Positions 50,316-61,217 of a DNA stretch of 64,000 nt are shown here, one piece after another (within the stretch, counting starts at the first letter, position 1; each line of letters starts with the position of its first letter). Both the position numbers and the translations under genes were made by a program. The DNA lies in NCBI RefSeq assembly GCF_963921235.1, contig NC_086108.1:54686001-54750000 (forward strand). Reading direction: 5' to 3'. The notes beneath the pieces were generated by a model. The model had not been told where the DNA came from and did no database searches. It saw nothing but the letters and a program-made list of their open reading frames with translations. This DNA is from Mobula hypostoma. Taxonomy: Eukaryota.

Positions 50316-53300
50316 GTAAATATTTGGAAGTACTGGAGGAACAATGCATGCAAAGTGAAAGCTACACCAATTCTCTGATGTTGAGGGTTCGTTAATTTGT
50401 TGAGCCACAAATGATTTAAATCCTTAAATATTGAAGGCTAGTATAAATGTAACCTTAGAAATGCCATTAAATCTGCTTCTGTATATTTATAAAGATATAT
50501 AACTTGTGCGTATTTTGCTTAAATTTATCTCCGTTCTTGTTAACTTTGTGAGTAGCAAATCTAAAGTTATGTCTATGTGCAAACCAATTTAAGAAAACAC
50601 GATCACCTTGCCTATAATGTACAAAGAAAATTACTAAGCTTAATTAAATAACTGGATAAATATGTATATGAAATTTTGGTATGATGCATAGAGATTGTTC
50701 AGTCCATTGTAGGATGTGGAATATATTCCTGAGAGAAGATGTGGATCCTGTTGTTTTTATCTTTTATGAAAAGTCAGTGAACTCTTTGAAACAGTGATCT
50801 CTCACTTCACATTACATTTTCTTGTCATATAGAAGTAATATATATATGCAGGCCATCCAGATGATCCTGCTCCTGTCAGTTTTATTCCTTCGTATCCTTT
50901 TCTCCATCACATATCTATCAGTACCCTTCTGTATCACCTGCTATCTGTCTACACTATGGGTAATTACAGTTTGTTTTGTGATGTGGCAAGAAACCAGAAC
51001 ATCTGTAAGAAATCAGGCAGTCACAAGAATGTGCAAAATCCACCCAGACAGCATCTGAGGTTTGGGCCCAATTTGGACTGTTGCACATGTGTGCTATTTG
51101 TTGCAAACTAAATCCAGGTTTTGGGGACATGAAGGTTTATCTGCAGCTTGCCTTGTGGAATAAGGAAAAACTCTTTAGTTGTTACCTAGGCTCTTCAAGT
51201 TTTTTTTTCTTAAAACTCCTACTGCAAGTGTTTTAATTCCTTTTTTCCCTTTCCTAAAAGATTTTCAGAATTATGTTGAAGTACAAATTTTAAAGAGTCA
51301 AGCTTATAAAAAAAAGTTTTTTTTTAAAAAGAAAGCAGATTTAGGGCTTTGAAATATGCTTTGAAGGTTAATGGGCCACTGGTAGAATATAATAAGTCTT
51401 CACCTCTTTCAGGCGCGACGAGAATGATCATATGACTTGGCTTAGACTTCTCAAAAATTTGTTTTTCTTGCAGGTTAAGATTACCCTACTCCCCCAGCTC
51501 TTTAACATCAAAAATCAGGACTTTAGAAAGGCTTAAATAAGGCTCTCCAGAGAAAATGGGTAGTTTTTCATAATTTTTCTTATTTATTGCAATTTTATTA
51601 ATTGCGGTCTGATTATAATTGATGTATATACTGTATTCACTTGTCTAAAATAAAAGCAATTTACTTGCCTCATACTAAAATTCTTTCTGCCAAATCTTGG
51701 GGTGGACCAACTAAGAGGAAGCATGCGAAGGATGTCAGTTTGGGTCATGTGGATTCTGTTAACACATTGGTTTTATGCTGCTATACAGCTAAATCTACTG
51801 AAAGGAGTATTTAAAGCATCCCCTTGGATGCATGGCATACAAAGTGATGCTGACCTGAGAGAGTGATCAGGGCATGCCTGGAAATGAACTGACTGTTCAA
51901 TTGAACACTAATTGACATGTAACATTAAATCTGTGTCTGCCTCCACAGAGGCGTCGTGACCTAATTAGTATTTACAGCTAGTAGTTATGTTGTGACATTT
52001 AGACCATTTGCTAAGTTGGTTATCAGAGCTCAACATATTGAGAGTGATTTAAAAAAAACTCAAGCAAATAATATTCTTGTAGGAAAGACCTCTCTATTAA
52101 CCAAAATGGAATAAATCAGCTGACATTTGTAAAGGAATTAAATTCGTTATACAAAGCAAATCTTGTCCCCTCTCAGTAGCATGAAAATGAAGACCAGAAT
52201 TTGCAGTCAGACTAAACTCTTAAGGTTTAGATGTTTTGAACAGTGATTGCTGCCCAAGCAGCTTGGCAGTGGAAACACGAAAATATCAGCCAAAGCATTT
52301 CTTCCTGATTATTCTGCAATGGCTGTCAGAGAGAATAGCTCGCCCTAACCAATGTCGCAACTCCGGTTATTGTGAGACTTTTGTACGGGGAAGGGTAGGG
52401 CCAATCAAATTTAAATTTCATAAATATTTTGGAGCATTCTAGCAGATTAATCTGACTTCTGACATTAGAAAAGGTCAAGCAATCGAGGAATGATCCAGCT
52501 CAGTGAATGAGCTGCTTACAATGCAGACAAACTACACTGCATTTGAAATGATTTTGGCAGTTTTCACTTGGTGTGGTGGGCATGAGTCCAGTCTGCAAAG
52601 GTGCCTCTTCTTCCTGCAAAGTTTCGGCAAATGGCAATAATTTTAATCAGAGGCAGTGATTTTAAGTTGTGCTGTTGTGGCAAGGATCCTTGCTACTTAA
52701 CTCTGGAGTGGATAACGTAGATGACATTTCATATGATTTTAGGAGGAGAAGCTGCCTTCATAGTTTTGATCTTAAGTTCACTAATCAATCTTACACGCTG
52801 CCAGAAAACAATATAACTCCAAAATTTTGTTCTGAAAGTTATGACCTAAAGTTCAAAGGTAAAGGCTACCAAAGTTTTAAGGTACCATCTGTTCATCAAC
52901 TATCACGTTTTTTTTTGTCCTACTTAGATTGATTACATGCTTCATAACAGCTTGATGCCAGTTTTTGAATTAGTTGGATAAAGTAAAATGAGTTTGTACT
53001 TTCCTCTCACCAAGCTTTCTTTCAGGAACTGTGCATGTGTACAAAAGCAGTTTCAGGAGATCAAGTGTAGGGGTGGGAGATCTTGACGATCTGTTTAAAA
53101 AGAAGGCAGGGAACTATCTGACTTGCTGCGTTCACCAGCAACTTTGTGTGTTGCAGGGAAGTACCAGGTTGCTGTTCATACAAGTTACTTGTTTTTATGT
53201 TGTACATTGACGCCATTGGAAGGAGAGGCAGTAAGAATTCTTAATTCCACCTCACTTGACACTTATTCATGACACAGCAAACCACGGGGTAGACTTAGAA

Positions 53301-53786
53301 TTTGATTGCATACAGCACAAAGACGTGGTATCTAACAAAGACAATGGGTGTCGCAATCATTTCTTCAGAACCTCAGACTTGCCTTCACTGCAGTCAGGGT
53401 CCCTTTTCCATCTGCTGAGTCTTGTTGCCTTGCAGCTGCTGTCTCTGCCTCTCTCACACTGCAGACTTTGTCTGCCCTTCTTCTTTCGTCCTACATACAT
53501 GTTTTCTACTAATTATTTCCAAATCGTAGTTTTGGTTATTATGAGCTTCTTCATATCTGAACATTGAGGCATTTTGTATCATACTTTTTTACTCTTACAC
53601 AGACAGAGCAACTCCTTTAGTAGAACTCCTGATAATTGTCTAGAATTCTGTCACATGCCATTTGCTTCAGTGATGTTGTCCTTTGAATGTTCAATGCCGG
53701 CCTTGTTTACTCTGTCTCTTATTCAGTGTTCTGGCTCTAGCTTTTTCACGAACCTTACTTTATTTAATCATTTGTAAGCTAACCCG

Positions 53787-54015
53787 TGAAGCACCTTCAA
53801 TTACTCCAAAAGACTGAGGTTTGGTAAAATACTGAAAGGCTTTTATTCGCTGTACAATACGACCTCCACGGTGAGTGTCTGCCCCCGGACTGAGGGGGAG
53901 GGGCAAGGCGAACACCTTTATACAGGACTCTGTGGGAGGAGCCACAGGGGCAGTCAGCAGAGGGGTGTGTCCAGACAGTTAACCCAGTTACAACATATAT
54001 ATATGGTTTACCACA
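53787..54015 (-). mobile_element. Solo LTR (229 bp) in DNAJC6 intron 2
   Basis: TG...CA termini and 5-bp TSD ACCC(G/T). Reverse complement of the 18086-18942 LTR family. Confidence 0.85.
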
Positions 54016-54530
54016 ACCCTACTGGCAGATTTAATATACATATTCTGTCCCAGGTTTTCTCTGCCTTAGGCATCGCAGTTTAAATTAGTGTCCTGACTTT
54101 CACATCCTGCAAATCCCAAACATATTTCAGTTTCAGCACGTTTTTTGAAATTAGCATGATCTTTGACTTAACTGACCATTTGTTACTTGATCTCAATATC
54201 GTTTTAATATGGAGTTAATACTTGTTATATTTGTGTTTATGAGCTTTGCACCACTCTTCCATTATAGCAACAACGCTGAGATAATAAGACCAGTCAGGAG
54301 CACTTTAATGTCGGCTTATGCATACCAATTATTTTACTGTTTGTTTAAGCTGCCTCTTGCAGGGTGATGGACTGATTTCACTAATGTTGGTATTGAATGC
54401 TTGAAACTTGTCTTTTTTTCCCTCTTTGCTGCATCCCATGTTCTTATTGCAATATTTCAAATAATTTTCTATTAGTGAAAAAAAATATATATACATGCTT
54501 TAGCTAAACATTTAATTTGTTTTATTATAG

Positions 54531-54580
54531 TTATGCCAAGGGAGAACTTAATATTTCATACATCACATCAAGGTTAATAG
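54531..54580 (+). CDS. DNAJC6: Auxilin exon 3: (S)YAKGELNISYITSRLI(V), start of the PTEN-like phosphatase domain
   Basis: Acceptor ttattatAG|, donor |GTACAG, 50 nt, phase 2 to phase 1. Matches the tensin/PTEN-type DL.YIT.RII motif. Confidence 0.95.
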
Positions 54581-55148
54581 GTACAGTAAATGTTCCTTTC
54601 ATCTGTTATTTAAATGTTGAATCCAATTAAAATTTTCAATGCGGATCCTGTTTGAAAATGGATAAAGTAAAATGTTTCCCATTTATAACACATTCTTCTT
54701 GATCCAGCCAACTCATTTGGTAATGGAGTCGCATGGGGTTGCAAAAGTGATCGTTTGACTTGTGCTGGTATTTTGGCCAATCCGATAAAAAATGTCCACA
54801 GAATTGATAAATGCATATTTCATGGTTGTATAAAGTGCCAAGGCTTTGTGATGCCTTATTCAGTTATCATGCTGTGCCATAACTCAGAGGAGGATGAGTT
54901 ACCTGGTCTTTGTGGCTGAAAGTTCATCTTCACTGCGATGCACAGAGCTGTAACAATGAGTTTATAGATCATGTATCATACTGGGTTTTAGAAACTGATT
55001 TAAGAGAATAGAGATAATGTATGTAATGCAACCATCTCTTCAAGCTGCGTGCTATAATTTGTCGTCACTCAATATAATTAAATGGAGTTTGTGATGGATA
55101 AAGGTGTGAGGATTGGAAGGAAAGTGGGATACTTGGAGCTAAAGATCT

Positions 55149-55645
55149 TTGCTGAAGTCTTCAGTTTTAAAATGGGACGTTAAATTAAGTCAGCTTTGCT
55201 TGTTGCTTGGTGGCTGGGGCGGGGTCGAAGTGCTCGGCAGAAATGGTGCTCAGAGCTTGTTGTCGGAGGCTCGAAGTTTTCGGACGGACTCAGAGTCGGC
55301 TGTGGTCGGGTGCTTCCTGGTGCTGCATCAGCAAGTTTGCAGCGCTGGAGGTTCATGGCAGGGAGAGTTTCTCCCTTCTACCGTCTGCGTGAGAAGATGG
55401 GGCTATCGGGACTTGAGAATTTTTACCATGCCCATGGTCTGCTCTTTATCAAATTACGGTATTGCTTTGCACTGTTGTAACTATATGTTATAATTATGTG
55501 GTTTTGTCAGTTTTAGTCTTGATTTGTCCTGTGTTTCTGTGATACCTTTCTGGAGGAACATTGTATCATTTTTTAAATGTATGCTTTTCTAAATGACAAT
55601 AAATGAGGACTGAGTGTCCTCATAATCTAATCTAATCTAATCTAA
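55149..55645 (+). mobile_element. CpG-rich non-LTR retroposon 3' part with terminal stem-loop and (TCTAA)n tail
   Basis: AATAAA, hairpin ATGAGGAC-tgagt-GTCCTCAT (55603-55623), then (AATCT)n. The 5' end is approximate. Confidence 0.65.
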
Positions 55646-55734
55646 ATTGAAATATGTGAAGGAGAAATACTGGTTTAATTCAATCTATTAAGAAGATTGT
55701 TATCAATCTGACAATAGTTTTCACTTTCTCTTAG

Positions 55735-55883
55735 TGATAACCTATCCTGCTGAAGGAGTGGAGTTGAGTTTCAAGAATCAGATTGATGATGTCCGATCGT
55801 TTTTGGATTCCCGGCACTTGGATCATTATACAATCTTTAATTTATCTCAGAAATCTTACAGAAGTGCCAAGTTTCACAACAGA
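55735..55883 (+). CDS. DNAJC6: Auxilin exon 4: VITYPAEGVELSFKNQIDDVRSFLDSRHLDHYTIFNLSQKSYRSAKFHNR
   Basis: Acceptor ctttctcttAG|, donor |GTAAGT, 149 nt, phase 1 to phase 0. The SFLDSRHLDHYT motif is auxilin-type. Confidence 0.96.
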
Positions 55884-56090
55884 GTAAGTATATGTTAATG
55901 ATCTACTTCATGTGCCATTGGTTACAGCCACATGCTGAGATTATTACTATTTTTCAGGAGTGTTTATAGGTAAGTTATTTAAAATGAATGCTTATCCATC
56001 TTTGGCCTTGCTGGTTAAATATAATTTAATGCTGCATACAGAATTCTCTTTTGATCCTGTTTTACTACTTGTCCGTCCCTCTTTGAATAG

Positions 56091-56213
56091 ATATCTGAGT
56101 GCAGCTGGCCAGCTCGACAAGCTCCCAGTTTACACAACCTGTACGCAGTATGTAAGAATATGCATCACTGGCTACAGCAAAACCCCAAGAATGTCTGTGC
56201 TGTTCACTGTGTG
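56091..56213 (+). CDS. DNAJC6: Auxilin exon 5: ISECSWPARQAPSLHNLYAVCKNMHHWLQQNPKNVCAVHCV, ending at the P-loop HC
   Basis: Acceptor ctttgaatAG|, donor |GTAAGA, 123 nt, phase 0 to phase 0. Confidence 0.96.
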
Positions 56214-56519
56214 GTAAGATACAGCAAAACTGAGTAATATGAAAAGTTTGATGGAACATTGCCATTTACTGTTAAGAAATGTAGAAAAGGAAGTTTTTCA
56301 GTGCTGTCTGGGAGGGTGGGTTGATTAAAAAGTATGAACAATTTAAATTTGAATTATTTTGGCAAGTAAAAGGGGAATGTGAAAACTATTCTGGGACTTG
56401 TTGATCCACCACAGTCCAGTCTTCAGACTTCTCTTAGGAAGCAATTGAGGTCAAAGATGATGTTTCCACTCCATTTCTGAGGCTTTGCAAGACACCTTGA
56501 TGGGCGTGTGTGGGGGTTG

Positions 56520-59500
56520 TTTTCTTTTTTGGTAATTTATTTTTTATTGAAGTTCATCATCAAACAAACATTTCCATAAGATGTATTTCAGATATTGTAC
56601 ATGTATATTATATAGTCATATTTACCACAAATCTCCACATAATATTTATCTGATGTATACGCTTATAGAAAAGGGAGGAAAGAAAGAACAAGCAAAAGGA
56701 GAAAACTATGTACAACACGAGGAATTCTGCAGATTTGGAAATTCAAGCAACACACATCAAAGTTGCTGGTGAACGCTCTCATATCCCTTTTGCCAATCAC
56801 CAGTCCAGCTCTTGGCTCCATCCCTCCCCCTCCTGTCTTCTCCTATCATTTTGGATCTCGCCTCCCCCTCCTACTTTCAAATCTCTTACTAGCTCTTCCT
56901 TCAGTTAGTCCTGACGAAGGGTCTTGGCCCAAAACGTCGACTGTACCTCTTCCTAGAGATGCTGCCTGGCCTGCTGCATTCACCAGCAACTTTGAAACTA
57001 TGTACAAGTAGGGAGTGATTTTTTTTTTGAACAACATATTCATTGATTTGTGAGAATAAAATCAGGCCTATGAGGTGTTAGGTAGTTAAAGCATTTTTCC
57101 CAGTATGAGTCAAGTTGTTCCAACTTATGATTAACAGATGCTGTTATCTTCTCCATTTTGTAAATGTCTATTGTAATTTCCATTCATGCATTTAAAGTTG
57201 GGCTCTCCTGTGATAACCATTTCCTGATAAGAGTCTTTTTACCAGCCACCAGCAGTATATTCATTAAATATCTACTGTATATCTTTTCAACCATTCTTGA
57301 GGTATATACCCAAAATATATGGTCTTACTCTCTGAGGGTGTTTCACATTTAAAGATGTCTTTTAGGGCATTATGTATCCCGCTCCAGTAGTCTTTGATAA
57401 CGGGGCATTCCCAGAAAGTATGATAATGGTTTGCATTTTGATTTCCACAATTTCTCCAGCAAACAGGGGGGTTACTATCATAATGGAATTTCTGAGAGGG
57501 TGTAATAAAATACCTTATCAAGTTTTTCCATCCGAACTCCCTCCATTTCTGTGAACTGGTACACTACCTCCATATTATTGTCCATTCTTCCTCAGATATA
57601 ATTATCCCTCCTTTCTTCTCCCATTTTGTTTTAATGTATGAAGTCGAATATGCTTTAAGATTTGATAAACCCTTATACACGCTTGAAATGATTCTACTAC
57701 CGTTATCTGAATTATATGCTTTTCTAAATAGCTCTATCAAACATGTACTTGCCTTGGTTACATTTTTAACCATCCTATTAACATACTGTCGCATCTGTAA
57801 ATACTGATAAAAGTCTTGTTTTTCTAATAAGTGTTTCTCTTTAAGCATTTCAAAACTGAACAGTGTTCCTTCTTTCATTATATTGCAAAGAACTGTTATT
57901 CCTTTAGCTGTCCAGTCCTTAAATCTAGCATCCAGTTTACTTGGCGTAAAAATCCAAGTCATATGCACACCATTTAAGAGTTGCAATATCTCCCTCTAGT
58001 TTATATTCTTATATAATAATTTTCCATATTTTAAGAGTCCATTTCACCCATGGGTTACCAATAGTATTTATGTACCTTTGTAGGTTGTTATCAGCCAAAA
58101 TTGCCTGTATGGGGATGGGAAGTATCCTCTCCTCAATGTTTTTCCATTGAGCGTCATATGATGGGTTGCACCAACATATCACGGCTCTCAACTGTGCTGC
58201 AAAATAATGATCTCTAAGCGAAGGTAGGCCCCTTTTCCCCCCGCCCCACCTTTCCTTGGCTAATTGCAAAGTTTTGAGACAAACTCTAGACCTTTTACCT
58301 TGCCATATATATCTTGATAACATTTTGTTCCATTCATTGAATTGATTTTGATTAATCTCTATTTGTAGGGTCTGAAAGAGATATAATAGTCTGGGCAGTA
58401 TATTAATTTTAATAGATTCAATCCTTAAACTGAGACTAAAAAAAGGAATTAGGTTCCATCTTGTTATATTTTCCTTAATTTTTTTATGTATAGGCTGGTA
58501 ATTTCATTCTGATAATTTTGCCAAATCTTTTGGCATAATGACGCCCAAATATTTGAAAGACTCTGTTTGCCATGCCCAGGGATATCTACTTTCAATTTCT
58601 CTTGATGGGCTATAGTTATATGAAATTGGGTTTTATCTATGTTGATCTTGTGTCCTGATATTTGACCATATTGTTCAAAGGATTGTATCAATTTAGGTAA
58701 AGAGTATGTTGGTTGCCCTAGGTAGATCAAAATGTCATCCGCGTAACAGGCCAATTTATGCTCTGTCCCTTTAATAGTAAGTCCCCTGATATCTTCATTT
58801 TGTCTGATGTATTGAGCTAATGGTTCCAGATATAATGTGAAGAGTAACGGTGACCATGCACAACCCTGTCTCGTGCCCCTTTCTGGGGTAAAACTATGTG
58901 ATAAATATCCATTGATTTTAATGCTAGCAGTAGGGTTGTCATATAGTGCCTGTATATTTTTAATAATTGTGTCATGGAAACCAAATCTATGTAAAACTCT
59001 GTAAAGAAAATTCCAATTAACTGAATCAAACACCTTTTCAGTGTCCACGCTTATCACTATTTTTTTTATATATGATCCATAATGTGAAGTGTCCTTCATA
59101 TATTGTCTTGTGTTTGGCGTTGTTGTATAACCCTTGTCGGATCATTATGTATCAGTGTGGGTAGAAATTCTTCTAATCGTTTGGCCATGATGGAAGTAAA
59201 TAATCTATAATCTACATTAAGAACGGATATTGGTCTAAATGACCCACATTCCATTTTATCCTTGCCTTCTTTCGGTATAGCTGAGATTATCGCTTCCTTC
59301 CAGCTGGGTGGCATTTGTGCCTCTTTTAGACCCCAGTTCAGTGTGGGGAGTAAAATAGGAATTAACTCATTTTTAAATTCTTTGTACCACTTTGCCGTAT
59401 ACCCATCTGATCCTGGTGACTTGCTTAATTTAAGCCTACTAATTGCAGCTTTTAGTTCAACTTCACTTACATTAGCAGTCATTGTTCTATTTTGTTCTTC

Positions 59501-61215
59501 GCTTAAGGTGGGTAACTCTAGAGAATTCAGGAAGGTGTCAATTTGGGTTATGCTTCCCCCTGGAACTTTGGAATATAGAGTTTTGTAAAACACTTCAAAA
59601 GGTTCTTGAATTTCACTTAGCTAATTTTTTTTTTAAATTATTTTTGTTCTTGGATCCCTGTTTCTATGAATTGTTTTTTCTGTTATCTTTTTTTTCAGTT
59701 TCCATGCCAGTATTTTCATAGACTTAGATCCAATTTCATAACGTCTCTGTTTCAGAAACATTAATTTTTTTTCTGATTTCTTGTGTAGCCAAACTATTAA
59801 TTTCATTCCTTATTTTTAAAATTTCCTCTAATATATCCTGTGCCAAATTCAATTTGTGTTTTTTTTCTAGTTCCTTCAGCCTATTTTGTAATTCCTCTGA
59901 TATTTTATTCCTTATTTTTTCTTATATGAAGATATCACTATAACTTTCCCTCTTTAGACAGCCTTCAGAGTATCCCATAGAATGGGAGGTGAAACCTCTT
60001 CATTATCATTGAATTCTAAGTAAAGACCAATTTCTTTTTTAATTTGTTCCTTAAAGTAGGGATCATTGAGTATACTTGAATTTAGTTTCCAAATAGTATT
60101 CTTTGGTTGTAGGTCAAAATCAACAGATAATTATATAGGTGCATGGTCACTTACATCTATTGTCCCAATTCCACAGGTGTTTATTTTGTCTTTGTCTTTT
60201 CCAAGTGTTAGGAAATAGTCTATTCTTGTATATACAGAATGGGGGGCAGGATAATGTCGGAGAAAAGGTCCCTCTATATATCAATTGGACCAACATCCTC
60301 AAAAAGTGTATTAATTTTCTTATGTAAGTATTTTGTTTCATAGGTTTTTCTATTGGAAGAGTCTAACTTTGGTTGTAACTGTAAATTCAAGTCTCCCCCA
60401 CATATGAGGAGACCTTCTGTTTCCATTACAATAATATTAGTAATTTTTTGAAAGAAACTAATATCACTTCCTGGGGGGTGCGTATATATTCAATAGAGCA
60501 ACTGGATTTCCATCTATATTCCCCATTACTAGAATATACCTGCGCTCCTTATCTCCCATTTGGAATGCTTTTTCCAAATTTAGCTTGCTTGAGATAAGAA
60601 TAGCAACTCCTCTCCTATGTCCTGATTCATATGAGGAGAAAAACAAATCAGTGAAGCCCATTCTCTTTAGTTTTCCATGTTCATTATCACTTAAGTGAGT
60701 TTCCTGTAAACATACTACGTGGGCTTGTTCCTTTTTCATTTTGGATGGAATTTTACTTTGTCCTTAGCCATGTGTATGTATCTGTCAATACAGTATATCA
60801 TTGAAATTGGCAGAATAAAACTTAATCAATCTATTCCCTGAACAAATAAGAGCCAAGAAAGGTGAATAATAAAAGAAAGGCAACAAAGGCGTGATTCCAA
60901 GGCTGAGGTCTCCAGTAGATGACCCTGGGTTGAGCTAGAGAAAAAGTCTAGCTCTGGGGGATAGCCCCTCCTACCTGTGAGTTGAAGGCCCCCATTGCAG
61001 TACCCAGAAAAAGTGAACAAATCTATGTCCATCACACAGAAAAGATTTCCCTGTGTATTCCTCCCATATATATATATTCCCATTTAGGTGGGGAAAAAGG
61101 AGTGAATGAATGAATGAAGAAAAAAAAATTGAGTAATATAAAATCCACTTTATAATAAGTATTTCTTGAGATGGGTATAGCACCATCTATTTTTGCTTCC
61201 ATTTAGCTTATCAAC
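56520..61215 (-). mobile_element. L1-clade LINE ORF2 (endonuclease and RT), frameshifted, antisense in DNAJC6 intron 5
   Basis: VVCLQETHL, KSPGSDGY, GTRQGCAWSPLLF, CYADDILIYL and the C-terminal CWRNCG..HTFWEC. T-rich tail near 56520-56550. Confidence 0.92.
56716..56994 (+). mobile_element. Young Penelope-like insertion with inverted tail inside the L1 3' UTR; hammerhead motif (GAAA mutated to AAAA) at 56907-56942
   Basis: 13-bp TSD AAACTATGTACAA at 56703-56715 and 56995-57007. Confidence 0.88.
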
Positions 61216-61217
61216 AT

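Noticed and set aside
18086..54015. The two related LTRs as ends of one large provirus
   Set aside because: They are in opposite orientation and each has its own different TSD.
34943..56213. Calling the gene GAK or a PTEN/tensin
   Set aside because: No kinase exons lie upstream. The N-terminus and the DMVKGGAGRLFSNLKDNLKD and DSRHLDHYT motifs are DNAJC6-type.
39650..56945. Apparent selective inactivation of sense-strand hammerheads within DNAJC6 introns
   Set aside because: There are few copies, many of the changes are ordinary CpG-type transitions, an upstream copy (~13190) is equally decayed, and monomeric minimal hammerheads are probably weak anyway.
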